From: Desulfatiglandales bacterium
Lineage (GTDB): Bacteria > Desulfobacterota > DSM-4660 > Desulfatiglandales > HGW-15
Direction of reading: 5' to 3'
Length of the DNA stretch: 64,000 nucleotides
Assembly (NCBI GenBank): GCA_963667015.2
Contig: CAXXJJ010000004.1
Span: 2,720,001-2,784,000, forward strand
How positions within the stretch are numbered: position 1 is the first letter of the stretch; every line of letters begins with the position of its first letter. The notes beneath the pieces are model-generated. The model was not told the DNA's origin, searched no databases, and worked only from the letters and a program-made list of their open reading frames with translations. Positions 30,152 through 45,418 of this stretch are shown one piece after another. The position numbers and the translations under genes were made by a program.

Positions 30152-30269
30152 TTCCGGCAACGTCCTACTCTCCCACACAGACTCCCATGCAGTACCATCG
30201 GCGCTAAAGAGCTTAACTTCCGTGTTCGGTATGGGAACGGGTGTGACCTCTTTGCCATAATCACCGGAA
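30152..30269 (-). rRNA. rrf: 5S rRNA
   Basis: Conserved CCCATACCGAACACGGAAGTTAAG..GATGGTACTGC..GAGAGTAGG. Confidence 0.97.
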
Positions 30270-30324
30270 ACATATAAAATATATAACCGAAAATACCGAG
30301 TAAAATAATATAAATAAGGTTTAA

Positions 30325-33346
<3,022 letters not shown>

Positions 33347-33531
33347 AAATAAACCAATATTAGCTACTTAATTAAATCCTTATAATATAATAAGGCACCT
33401 TATGAAATTATTTTACTCTGTATTCAGTTGTCAAAGATCTAAAAGGGCTTTCTGCCCCTGAGCTTAAGGCTCAAAGCTCAAAGTTAAATAATGCCTGTTT
33501 CAACTTTGAGCTTTCAACTTTAAGACCAAAT

Positions 33532-33607
33532 TGGTGGAGGTGAACGGGTTCGAACCGATGACCTTCTGCGTGCAAGGCAGATGCTCTCCCAGCTGAGCTA
33601 CACCCCC
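33532..33607 (-). tRNA. tRNA-Ala(UGC)
   Basis: Canonical cloverleaf in ITS, CCA encoded. Confidence 0.98.
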
Positions 33608-33616
33608 TAAATAAAA

Positions 33617-33695
<79 letters not shown>

Positions 33696-33861
33696 ATTCG
33701 ATTACATAAGCGATTTTAGATCGCGGATTCAAATAATCATTTTACCGAAACCCGAATTTCAAATCCAAAATTCGCCTCATTCTCTCAAAACTAAATAGTG
33801 TAAACCGCTTAAGGTATGACCTGGGATTATTCTTCTCGGACTGAGAAGATATCTATCCTTA

Positions 33862-35424
<1,563 letters not shown>

Positions 35425-35572
35425 TATATTGGTTATATTTTAAAGTCCAATGGACTTTTTATTCTGACTTGACCCAAGCGGTTACACTATTTAGTTTTCA
35501 AAGAACGATTCGCCTGAAACTTATTTTATTACTCAGACGTTCCTGTTCACTCCTCCAAAAGAAGAAACCGAA

Positions 35573-35601
35573 CTTTATCTTTTTTGTTTTAAACTGTCAA
35601 G
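35573..35601 (-). promoter_or_regulatory. rrn proximal promoter; boxA-like CGTTCTTTGAAAA near 35495-35507
   Basis: TTGACA-17 nt-TAAAGT with AT-rich UP-like region. Confidence 0.55.
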
Positions 35602-35780
35602 CAATTTTTTAATTAATTTTATTTTTTTTCAAAAATCTTTTTTATTAAATTGCTTACGTTGCTTTTTTTCAAAGCCCCTGTAAAAGCTGCTTGAAAAACA
35701 ACCTGCCGTTCATTACTTAATAACCTTAAAAGATTATATTCGTTTAATTCTTCAAAGAGCGTTTTTGTAACTGGCGGCGA

Positions 35781-35810
35781 GTTATATTCTTTTGCCTGCC
35801 AATTTGTCAA
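35781..35810 (-). promoter_or_regulatory. rrn distal promoter
   Basis: TTGACA-18 nt-TATAAC followed by GC-rich discriminator TCGCCGCC. Confidence 0.55.
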
Positions 35811-35851
35811 GCATTTTTAATTTTTATTTTAAGATTATTTTAAATCTTTTT

Positions 35852-36997
35852 TTAATTAAAAAACCTGGCTATTGTATCAACAACATATTGCAGTTCATCC
35901 TCTATAAGCTCAGGATAAACCGGAATGGCTAACGATGTTTTAGATGCTTTTACAGAGATCGGAAAATCTTCAGATTTATAACCGAGATAAGAAAAACACT
36001 TTTGTTCATGTAGCGATACAGGATAATAGACTTCACAGCCTATTTCATTTTCAGTGAGATACGTTTTCAAGGAGTCTCTATGCTGACCTGCATTAATAAC
36101 ATATTGGTGATAAATGTGCCGCTCTTCTTTTTTATACGGCAACATGATATCGTTCAATTTTTTTTCTTCAAAGAGCGTTTTGTAACTGGTCGCGTTATAT
36201 ATTCTTTCGTCGGACCATTTGTCAAGATATTTTAATTTAATATTTAAAATAACTGCCTGTAAGGCATCAAGCCTGAAATTACCACCTATATAGTCATGAT
36301 AATATCTTTTTACATCACCATGATTACGGTATTGCTTTAGCAGGCCGTATAAGGCTTCATCATTGCAGGTGACTAAACCACCTTCTCCGAAAGCCCCCAG
36401 ATTCTTTGTCGGATAGAATGAAAAACAACCATAATCACCCATCGTGCCGGCTCTTTTTACCGTTCCGTCGCTGAACCTGTATTCAGCACCAATTGCCTGT
36501 GCTGCATCTTCTATAACTATGAGGCCGTACTGATTTGCAAGCTTTAATATCGGCTCCATATCTGCACACTGCCCATATAAATGAACAGGTATAACTGCTT
36601 TCAGCTTTGAAAGCTCATCCGGGGTAAATCTTGAAATGCTTTCCTCAAGCTTTTTCGGATCAAGATTGTATGTCTGCTCATCTATATCTACAAAAACGGG
36701 TTTTGCGCCTACCCGGGCTATTGCGCCGGCAGTAGCGAAAAAAGTATATGGCGATGTGATAACCAAATCACCCTGCCCTATACCTGCAACCATTAATGAT
36801 AATAAAAGAGCGTCACTACCAGATGAAACACCAACTGCATATTTACATCCACAGTAATCAGCAATATTCCTTTCAAAGTCTTCGACTTTAGGACCGCCGA
36901 TAAAATACTGGGTTTCAAATACCTCTAAAGCAGAAGGTACTATTTCATCCCTGATAGAATCATACTGTTTTTTTAAATCCAGCAAGGGAACTTTCAA
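35852..36997 (-). CDS. DegT/DnrJ/EryC1/StrS PLP-dependent aminotransferase
   Basis: PVHLYGQCADM, EDAAQAIG, SFYPTKNLG. Confidence 0.95.
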   Translation of the reverse strand: MKVPLLDLKKQYDSIRDEIVPSALEVFETQYFIGGPKVEDFERNIADYCGCKYAVGVSSGSDALLLSLMVAGIGQGDLVITSPYTFFATAGAIARVGAKPVFVDIDEQTYNLDPKKLEESISRFTPDELSKLKAVIPVHLYGQCADMEPILKLANQYGLIVIEDAAQAIGAEYRFSDGTVKRAGTMGDYGCFSFYPTKNLGAFGEGGLVTCNDEALYGLLKQYRNHGDVKRYYHDYIGGNFRLDALQAVILNIKLKYLDKWSDERIYNATSYKTLFEEKKLNDIMLPYKKEERHIYHQYVINAGQHRDSLKTYLTENEIGCEVYYPVSLHEQKCFSYLGYKSEDFPISVKASKTSLAIPVYPELIEDELQYVVDTIARFFN

Positions 36998-37129
36998 TTT
37001 AAATTACCTCGTGTAAAATTCCCGAAAGAACGAATGTACTAATCAGATGCTTTCAGGAAGCGGGCAGATTTAGCAGGAGCGTATAAAATAGTCAATATAA
37101 AAAACACTAATAAAACGTTATTTTCAAAA

Positions 37130-38290
37130 TTATTTAACCAGTTCTGATACAGGAACTACTTCATAACTTTTTATCAATTGTTTTGTATATATTTTTAATA
37201 TATTCAGGGTTTCCTTGTGAGGGTGCCCGATTCCGATAGCACTTCCCGAATACCTGGCAAAGCCTAAAAGACGATCCATCTGATACTTGAGAGCCGTTTC
37301 GGACAGATCATTGTCTATAAACCATTTTTTCTCTGCAGCCGGAACCCCCAGCGCCTTTGCAACCTTATATGCCACCGTCCGGTCGGTTGTACGGCTGTCT
37401 ATATAATATAGATCATGTTTCTTCACTTCATCAAGTACATGTTTCATCTTGGTATAGTCTTCGGAAAACAGTGACCCCATATGATGATTTACACCCTTCA
37501 GGCCGGGGAATTTAATAATATCCTCTCTAACTATTTTCTGTATGGTTTCCCTGTCCATGCTGACCATTAAAGCCCCTTTACCGGGATTAACCCTGGGATA
37601 CCCTTTAGGTTCCATGGGCAGGTGTAAAAGTATTTCTCCACCTTTATTCACTGTCGCTGCAGCTATTTTCTTTGAATATGGAGCATTCGGCAGGATAGAA
37701 AGGCATACTGGTATCTCCAGGTCCATAAAGGAGGCGGCAAGCGATATGTCATACCCTATATCATCTATTATAAAGGCCACTTTTGGTAAATGGGCGGATC
37801 TGATCTTCTTCCTGGCCTTATATTTCAGTTCCAACCGATGGGTAACACAATTAAAAACCTTGATATTAAAAAACACCTGATCACTGGAAACTTTTTCTGA
37901 TTCGACTGAAACGTCCTGGTGCATGCTGTATATTTTTTGCGGGAGTCGGGTTTCAAGTCGGCCAACGGAATCAGGATTGTTTAATCGGACATTCATCTCA
38001 GTAAAATCCCAATCCAGATTTCTTTTTCTTCTCGGTACTACTTTGGAAAAGGAGATATCCTCTTCGTTTACTCCCTCCTTATAAAGTGCTTCATATAGAA
38101 GATTATCTACTTTAGTAATTATTGATTTAAATTCATTTGATGAGGCATATTCTTCCTCAAAAACAGGTGTAGTGGTACTGCGGGGTATTATATGGAGGAA
38201 AAACAATCCCGCTGCTGCGACTATAAAAAGAACGGACAGAGCAATTATCGCCGGGAAGGCAGCGGGCTTTTTTTTCTTTTTCCCCTTCAT
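37130..38290 (-). CDS. Divergent polysaccharide deacetylase (YibQ family)
   Basis: IIDDIG, LLHLPMEP, GVNHHMGS, DSRT, IGHP. Confidence 0.92.
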   Translation of the reverse strand: MKGKKKKKPAAFPAIIALSVLFIVAAAGLFFLHIIPRSTTTPVFEEEYASSNEFKSIITKVDNLLYEALYKEGVNEEDISFSKVVPRRKRNLDWDFTEMNVRLNNPDSVGRLETRLPQKIYSMHQDVSVESEKVSSDQVFFNIKVFNCVTHRLELKYKARKKIRSAHLPKVAFIIDDIGYDISLAASFMDLEIPVCLSILPNAPYSKKIAAATVNKGGEILLHLPMEPKGYPRVNPGKGALMVSMDRETIQKIVREDIIKFPGLKGVNHHMGSLFSEDYTKMKHVLDEVKKHDLYYIDSRTTDRTVAYKVAKALGVPAAEKKWFIDNDLSETALKYQMDRLLGFARYSGSAIGIGHPHKETLNILKIYTKQLIKSYEVVPVSELVK

Positions 38291-38297
38291 TTTTTAA

Positions 38298-39755
38298 TCA
38301 GTTGACCTGTACAGTATCAGAAGTTCCTCCGGTATTAATTTGTTGAATAACACCCCAGGATTTCAACACCTGTACCGCCATATTGACCTGATTATCTATG
38401 GCCAGTCGTTCCAGATATAAGGTATCCAGATCCTTTTCTTCTTCAACATCTGCTGAGTCATCCTCTTTTGTGCTTTCATCCGGCGATTCGTCCGTGTTTT
38501 TCTCCGGTGATTTTTTCAGTTCTTTATCATCCTGAATCGATTCATCTGTGCTATCCGAAGCATCTTCTTCAATACTGTCATTAACCATATGGTTATCCAG
38601 GTCCTCTTCTCTAAGGAGATGCGGCAATTCGTCTTCATCCTTTTCAGGGAAAGGGGCGTATTCAAGTTCGATGTCAGGTTCTATACCGCTTACCTGAATC
38701 GACCTGCCGCTGGGAGTGTAATAGCGGGCAGTGGTCAACCGCAATCCTGATCCATCAGATAATGGGAGGATAGTCTGAACTGATCCTTTACCGAATGTCC
38801 TTGTCCCGAGTATAAGGGCTCTTTTATTATCCTGCAGGGCCCCAGCCACAATCTCTGAGGCACTCGCGCTGCCGCCGCTTACAACAACTACAATGGGATA
38901 GCTTCTGTCTGTTTCATCTTTTATTGCAGACTCAACTATATCCTGTTCGGTTATTCTTCCCTTTGTGCTTACTATTACACCGGAATCAAGGAACACATCC
39001 GAAACCCCTATTGCCTGGGTAAGCAGGCCGCCGGGGTTATCTCTCAAATCAAGGACAAGACCTTTTAATGGCTTTTCCTTTTCGAGTTTATCCAGGTTCT
39101 CCAGAAGCTCTTCTGTAGTGTTCCCCTGAAAATTGGTTATTCGAACATACCCTATATCATGTTCCAGCCGGTAACTGCGTACACTCTGTAAAGGAATCAC
39201 ATCCCTTACAATATGAAATATAAGAGGCTTATCTTCACCTTTACGGCTGATTGTTATTTTGACACTGCTTCCCTTTGGCCCTCTTATCAATTTAACCGCC
39301 TCGGTAGAGGTCATGTCGAGGGTTGTTTTTTCATCAATCTTTATTACTTTATCCCCTGCCTTGATTCCGGCTTTAAAGGCTGGTGTATCTTCAATAGGAG
39401 CAATAACGGTCAGGACATTATCCCTGACAGTAATCTGCATCCCAACCCCGGTAAAACTCCCCTGGGTTTCAACACGGAGGTCATCACTTTCTTCTTTTGT
39501 CATGTAGGTGGAGTGAGGATCCAGGCTCTGCATCATGCCCTTTATGGCACCCTCTATCAGCTTTTTTGCATCCTGAGGTTCCACGTAATTTTCTTCCACC
39601 TGCCGCAGCACCTCCGTGAATAACTCGATATTCCTGTATACATCATCTGTATTGGCGCTTACATCTCTACTGTTTCCATTGATGATAAAAATACCCAGTA
39701 TCAGCAGTGAAGTTATAAGAGTAATTGAGACCAGTTTTTTTTGCGGAAACCTCAT
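38298..39755 (-). CDS. ctpA: C-terminal processing protease (S41)
   Basis: LDLRDNPGG, SASASEI, TFGKGSVQ, PDZ. Confidence 0.93.
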   Translation of the reverse strand: MRFPQKKLVSITLITSLLILGIFIINGNSRDVSANTDDVYRNIELFTEVLRQVEENYVEPQDAKKLIEGAIKGMMQSLDPHSTYMTKEESDDLRVETQGSFTGVGMQITVRDNVLTVIAPIEDTPAFKAGIKAGDKVIKIDEKTTLDMTSTEAVKLIRGPKGSSVKITISRKGEDKPLIFHIVRDVIPLQSVRSYRLEHDIGYVRITNFQGNTTEELLENLDKLEKEKPLKGLVLDLRDNPGGLLTQAIGVSDVFLDSGVIVSTKGRITEQDIVESAIKDETDRSYPIVVVVSGGSASASEIVAGALQDNKRALILGTRTFGKGSVQTILPLSDGSGLRLTTARYYTPSGRSIQVSGIEPDIELEYAPFPEKDEDELPHLLREEDLDNHMVNDSIEEDASDSTDESIQDDKELKKSPEKNTDESPDESTKEDDSADVEEEKDLDTLYLERLAIDNQVNMAVQVLKSWGVIQQINTGGTSDTVQVN

Positions 39756-39819
39756 AATTTGCTCCTGATTAAGATCAAAATTTAAAACTATTTATTTTAC
39801 TCTACTAAAAAACAAAAGG

Positions 39820-40971
39820 TCAATTAACTTTTAGCCACGCCAATGGGCTAAGGCTTTCCTCTCCTTTTCTTATCTCAAAATAGAGTGCCGGGCCTGTAGT
39901 TAAGCCGGCTTCACCCACATATCCTATTATGTCTCCCGGGTAAACGGTATCGCCTTCAGTCCTTTTTCTCTCATTCAGGTATGCGGATATTGTATAAAAC
40001 CTTTCACCATGATTTATCACAACCACCTGGCCATATCCCTTTAAGATACCTGAATATTCTACTCTCCCCTGGTAGACGGCCTTTACTTCGGAACCTAACG
40101 GCCCGTCAATATATATCCCTTTCTGCTTTCCCAGTGATCTTTTGACTTTTGTTTTAACTTTTTTAAGGACCCTGCCTTTACAGGGCATAGGAAGGTGACC
40201 CTTTGAGGTTCGAAAACCAACCGGCAGGGGAACATCACCTTTTATTGAATTTTTTTCGAGATTCGATATTGTATCTTTTAAATCATCAGCAGCTGCCTGC
40301 AGTTCTTTTACGGCTACTTCATAAAATTCCTTCTCTTTGTGCACCTTTGCAAGCAGAAAAACTTCTTTCTCCAGTACCTGTTTAAGATCATCCAGGTTAT
40401 TATTTTCCGATTCTTCAAGGCGTGTAACGGCATTAACCTGCTCTTCAATAAGGAACGCCTCATGAGAATAATCAGCCTTCTTCAGGGCGAGTTCATTCAT
40501 CACAGATCTGTCTTCGTCCATTATCACCCTCAGGTACTTAATAATATGGTTTAAAAGATCAAGATCTTCGGTGTCCAGCAGTACCTTGATGTACCCTCTT
40601 TTTGAATTTTTATAAAAAGCAACCAGTCTTTTTGCCAAGAGGGCTTCAATATTATTTAAGGAGGATTCGAGTTCTTCCAGATTTTTTCTTTGCGTTGTTA
40701 ACTCATCTCTTTTTGAAGAGAGGCTGGCATTTATTTCTTTGAGGATTTTCCTTTTTTCATTAATCTCCTTTTCAATCTGCGAAAGCTGTTCCAGAACATC
40801 CTTTTCCTTTACATCATACTTCTGCAGCTTCTCTTTTTCCCGATTGAGATCAATTTCGATCTGCTCAATCTGCTTTTTTTTATTTTCGGTATCGGTTGCC
40901 TGTTTTCCGGCTGATGAAAGGGCCGGGAATAAAATGAGGAGAGAAAGCAAAGCGCACAGGGCATGGCGCAT
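39820..40971 (-). CDS. envC: Murein hydrolase activator EnvC (coiled coil + degenerate M23); start uncertain
   Basis: Coiled coil, GPALYFEIR, position after ftsEX. Confidence 0.85.
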   Translation of the reverse strand: MRHALCALLSLLILFPALSSAGKQATDTENKKKQIEQIEIDLNREKEKLQKYDVKEKDVLEQLSQIEKEINEKRKILKEINASLSSKRDELTTQRKNLEELESSLNNIEALLAKRLVAFYKNSKRGYIKVLLDTEDLDLLNHIIKYLRVIMDEDRSVMNELALKKADYSHEAFLIEEQVNAVTRLEESENNNLDDLKQVLEKEVFLLAKVHKEKEFYEVAVKELQAAADDLKDTISNLEKNSIKGDVPLPVGFRTSKGHLPMPCKGRVLKKVKTKVKRSLGKQKGIYIDGPLGSEVKAVYQGRVEYSGILKGYGQVVVINHGERFYTISAYLNERKRTEGDTVYPGDIIGYVGEAGLTTGPALYFEIRKGEESLSPLAWLKVN

Positions 40972-41066
40972 TGAGTAAAAGCTGGTACATGGGCATTTCG
41001 CTATGCGCTCTGCGCTCTGCGCCATGCTTTTTTTCTGCTGACCTATGTCTTCTGGCATCTGATCTC

Positions 41067-41960
41067 TTACACCTTAAAAAAACGCCCGATCGCAATCAGG
41101 CCGCCTATAAACCCCAGTGCAATACTCAGGAGAATAATAGATATTGAATGCTCAAAGGATAAAAAGGTAAAATCAATTACCGGAAGCCCGAATATCGGCA
41201 CTGTTTTTACAGAGAAAACCGAATAAACCACAAGTAGTATTACAAACGAGAGAATACCGCCGAACAACCCCTCTATAGCGCCTTCGATCAGGTAGGGTAA
41301 TTTTACAAACCAGTCTGTAGCGCCAACCAGTTTGTATATCTCTATCTCATCACGTCGGGAATATATGGTAAGCTTAATCGTATTGGTTGTTATGAACAGA
41401 ACTGCCATGCAAAGGAACCCGCCTATAACCAGGCCCAAAATCCTGAAAACATTTATAATACCTTTGAAACGTTCCATCCATTGATCGCTGTACTGGACCT
41501 CATCAACACCGTCGATCTTTTCAAGGTCTGACTTAATTTTTTCAGGATCGATTTTATACCCTTCTGTTTCATGGAACAGTATTTCATATGACCCCGGAAG
41601 CGGATTAGTCTTTAGTCCTTCAAGAAGTCCGACCTGATCGCCAAGACTGCTTTTTAAACTGTTTAACGCCTGCTCCTTGGAAATAAAACTCTTTATTTTA
41701 GCTCCATCAAGGCTTTTCAGAGCTGATTCAATTTTACCCTTTGCATTTTCATCAAGGCCATCCTCAATATATACTGACATCGAAAGGGATTCTCCCCAGT
41801 CACTCAGCCAGTTATTAATATTCACAGATAAAAGGAGGAAAGAGCCAAGAAGAAGCATAGAGATGGTTATCGTACCTATACTTATCATATGCACAAGACG
41901 ATTGTTTTTAATATTTGTGAAGGCTGTCTTAAAAAAGTAGATAAAGAGTCTTAGTTTCAT
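41067..41960 (-). CDS. ftsX: Cell division permease
   Basis: NPLP, NTIKLTIYSRRDEIEIYKLVGAT. Confidence 0.93.
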   Translation of the reverse strand: MKLRLFIYFFKTAFTNIKNNRLVHMISIGTITISMLLLGSFLLLSVNINNWLSDWGESLSMSVYIEDGLDENAKGKIESALKSLDGAKIKSFISKEQALNSLKSSLGDQVGLLEGLKTNPLPGSYEILFHETEGYKIDPEKIKSDLEKIDGVDEVQYSDQWMERFKGIINVFRILGLVIGGFLCMAVLFITTNTIKLTIYSRRDEIEIYKLVGATDWFVKLPYLIEGAIEGLFGGILSFVILLVVYSVFSVKTVPIFGLPVIDFTFLSFEHSISIILLSIALGFIGGLIAIGRFFKV

Positions 41961-42620
41961 TTAGGTTATCTCGTCAACTACCTGTCCGTTTTTAAGTACA
42001 ATTATCCGCTGTCCTGTGTTCTCAAGCAGCTCTCTGCTGTGCGTTGCAATAATTACTGTAGTGCCGTTCATATTTATTGTCCTGAAGAGCAGCATAATAT
42101 CCCTGGTAATATCAGGATCAAGATTACCGGTGGGCTCATCAGCTACCAGAATAAGGGGTTTATTAATAATAGCTCTTGCTATAGCGACCCTTTGCTGCTC
42201 GCCGCCGGACAACTGAAGGGGGAAGGCCTTTTCCTTGTTCGCAAGTCCCACGGATCTGAGGGCCTGGTGTGTCTTTTTCCTGATGTCCACCGGCCGTTCA
42301 CCTGTAACCTCAAGTGCAAGCGCCACGTTCTGGTACACGGTTTTACTGTTCAGCAGTTTAAAATCCTGAAATACGAAACCTATCTTTCTTCGTAAAAGAT
42401 CAAGATTCTTTCTTTTTATGCGTGTAAAGTTGATATTGTTTATGAGTATCTGGCCGCTTGTGGGGATATCTGACCCAAAGATAAGCCTGAGCAGGGTTGT
42501 CTTTCCAGCTCCGCTAGGACCTGTAACAAACACAAATTCTCCCTTTCTTATCCTCAGATTTATATCTTCAAGGGCCTTATTTGTTCCATAACTTTTTGAT
42601 ACTCTGAATATCTGGATCAT
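41961..42620 (-). CDS. ftsE: Cell division ATP-binding protein
   Basis: GPSGAGKTT, VFQDFKLL, LSGGEQQR. Confidence 0.95.
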   Translation of the reverse strand: MIQIFRVSKSYGTNKALEDINLRIRKGEFVFVTGPSGAGKTTLLRLIFGSDIPTSGQILINNINFTRIKRKNLDLLRRKIGFVFQDFKLLNSKTVYQNVALALEVTGERPVDIRKKTHQALRSVGLANKEKAFPLQLSGGEQQRVAIARAIINKPLILVADEPTGNLDPDITRDIMLLFRTINMNGTTVIIATHSRELLENTGQRIIVLKNGQVVDEIT

Positions 42621-42628
42621 GCTTTCTA

Positions 42629-43979
42629 CTAATATTCCCCCATAGCTCTCAACAGTGCCGCCTTTGCCAGATGATGATCATAGAGAGCACTATAGTAGTT
42701 AACCCTTGCCTGAGTCAACAGTGTCTGTGCGTCAAGGACTTCTGTTGATGTGGTTACCTGGGCCTTATATCTTTCGCTGCTTACGCGTAGATTTTCTTCA
42801 CCCTGTTCAACAGCCTTTTTAGCCGCAGGTATCCTTTTTTCCGTTTCCTGCAGATTAAGAATAGCGTTTTTTAATTCAAGTTTTATCCCGTCTTCAATTG
42901 ATCTTTTTGTATTTACCAGCTGCTGTTTATTCAATTCCTTCTGCTTTACAGAGTATTTATCACTGCCCCAGTTCCAGAAGTTCCAGGTAAGGCTGGCCAT
43001 TGCCTGCCAGCTGTTGGTGTCAAGCAGGGAAGATGATCCGCTGACGGATGGAGTATCTCCTGTTTTTGTATAATTATAGGTTAATGCTATTTCAGGGTAA
43101 TATTTACTTTTTGCAATCTTTATCTGCTGGTCAATCTGCTGGTCATTTATTTCAACAGATTTTATTTCCGGTCTTTTTTGAAGTGCCTGTTCATAGAATC
43201 TATCAAAATTAATAGCTTCGGGAATGTAGTCCTGAATATCCTGAACATTTACTGGTGAATCAATTGGTTTTGAAAGAACAATATTAAAGGAAGCTCTGGA
43301 TAGATTTGCAGCATTCTGAGCCTTTATAAGGTTTTGTTCAGAATTTGCCAGCTCAACTTCTGCCTTTAAAAGGTCATTAACAGGGATCATACCAACATCA
43401 TAAAAATTCTTTGCAACCTTAAGATGTGATTCCAGTGCCTCCACTGCTCTCTGTGCAACTTCAACCGCTTTATCAGCTTTTAATATATTAAAATATGCTT
43501 CCTTTGCCCTTAGCGCAATATCAAGCTTTTCAAGCCCAAGCTCCATTTCACTCAGGTCAATCCCCAGTTTGCCAAGCTCATAAGCACTGCTGAGAGCAAA
43601 TCCTGTAAAAAGAGGCTGGGTAACTGTTCCCTGCCACTGATAATTGTTTTTTGAACCAAACGCAAAGTCAGTACCGGGAATGCTATTTACTTCACCTTCA
43701 CGTCTGTAAGTGTATGAAGTGCTGAACCTGGGTAAAAGATCCGCCTTTGCTTTCTTTTTGGCGTAGCGCGCTTCCTCTATCTTCTGCTCTTTAGTCTTTA
43801 CTCCCCAGTTTTTTTCTATCGCTTCCTTTACGCTTTTCTCTAATGTGTATATTTCTGTATCTGTATCATCCGCAAAGCCCGTTGCAGGATAAAAAATGCA
43901 TAGGCATAATATTAAACCTAAAAAGAATTTAAGTGTCCTGACTTTAAAAAGCTCGATCCTGACATTCTCTTTCCCCCAT
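42629..43979 (-). CDS. TolC-family outer membrane efflux protein; frame open to about 43978 but start codon out of frame
   Basis: In-frame upstream of 43546: signal peptide ..KFFLGLILCLCIFYPATGFA/DD, AKADLLPRFS, VTQPLFTGF. Confidence 0.85.
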
Positions 43980-44242
43980 CATCCCCCGGTGACTTTAAAA
44001 AGCTCAGGGGTTTTAAGTTATTATGAGTTATTAAATTAAAATGATGTTAATTCCATAGAACAGCAAATAGAATATGTCAATGCCATTTAGAAATGCCGGA
44101 AGTCAGTAAATCCGATGCACCGACTTCTTACCTTCGATTTCTCAATCTTCTGCATTCTGTCCTTGACAGAAAATTTTTGTAAAAATAAATTAGTACTTAT
44201 TTTTTCATATATATAATCTTTGGACAAGGCAGAAAATTACAT

Positions 44243-45418
44243 ATGAATAAAAGAATACTAAAACAGATTATTTTTATCCTTGTACTGTTAATCATTTTCC
44301 TATGGATAAAAAAAGATGACCTCCTTGATTTTGCCGGCTACGAGCCTCGGGCAGAAGTACTGGATTTCAATGAACAAAAAGAAGAACTGGAAAACAGGCC
44401 GGTTATTATATCCAAAGATGAAGAAATAAACATTAGAGTATTTGAACAGGCACACCCGGCAGTTGTTAATATTTCCACTCTTACCTATAGCGTAAATTCC
44501 TGGCTGCAAATCATCCCACAGGAGGGACAGGGCTCCGGATTCATCATAGATAAAAGAGGTTATATACTTACCAATTATCATGTCACAAAAAATGCAAAAA
44601 AAATAAGAGTCACACTCGCCAGTGGAGATAAATTACCTGCAAAACTGGTAGGAAGGGATGAGCGTTCAGATATCGCTGTAATTAAAGTGGATTCTGAACA
44701 AATAAATGTTGCAGCAACCCTTGGAGATTCCGATAAAATCAGGGTAGGTCAAAAGGCAATAGCAATCGGAAATCCGTTCGGACTCTCCCATACACTCACT
44801 ACCGGAATAATAAGCGCCCTCGGCAGATCAATAGAAAACTCAGAAGGGATAAGGATTGATGAAATAATACAAACCGATGCAGCAATCAATCCGGGTAATT
44901 CAGGCGGCCCCCTATTGAACTCAAATGGTGAGGTAATAGGTATAAATACAGCGATATTAAGCCGGTCGGGAGGGTATCAGGGAATAGGGTTTGCCATTCC
45001 GATTAACAGGGCCAAGGAAATCGCCAGCCATATTATCTCAACAGGAAAAGTCTTAAGACCATGGATAGGTGTTGAAGTAGTAGTATCGCTTTATGATCTG
45101 GATGATCTGTATGTATATACCTTTGGTCTGCCGGTTAACTATGGCCTGCTTTTACAGAAAATAGCATCCGGAAGTCCTCTGGACCAGGCGGGTCTCAGGG
45201 TAGGTAATGAGCGTGTGGAAATACCTTCGGCGGAATTCAATATAGGGGGTGATATCATCGTTGCCATAGATAATGAGAGAATCAGAAATTTAAAAGAATA
45301 TACCATGGTACTTAACAAGAAAAAAATAGGTCAGAAAATTAATATAGTCTACTATAGGGGAAATCAACGGAAGAAAGTAGAGGTGACAGTTTCAGAAGCA
45401 GATACCTCTGCAATCTAG
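44243..45418 (+). CDS. HtrA/DegP-family serine protease with PDZ
   Basis: GSGFII..TNYHV, AIGNPFG, QTDAAINPGNSGGPL. Confidence 0.93.
   Translation: MNKRILKQIIFILVLLIIFLWIKKDDLLDFAGYEPRAEVLDFNEQKEELENRPVIISKDEEINIRVFEQAHPAVVNISTLTYSVNSWLQIIPQEGQGSGFIIDKRGYILTNYHVTKNAKKIRVTLASGDKLPAKLVGRDERSDIAVIKVDSEQINVAATLGDSDKIRVGQKAIAIGNPFGLSHTLTTGIISALGRSIENSEGIRIDEIIQTDAAINPGNSGGPLLNSNGEVIGINTAILSRSGGYQGIGFAIPINRAKEIASHIISTGKVLRPWIGVEVVVSLYDLDDLYVYTFGLPVNYGLLLQKIASGSPLDQAGLRVGNERVEIPSAEFNIGGDIIVAIDNERIRNLKEYTMVLNKKKIGQKINIVYYRGNQRKKVEVTVSEADTSAI

Noticed and set aside
35619..35810. 63-aa ORF resembling DegT
   Set aside because: By-product of the local duplication in the rrn promoter region
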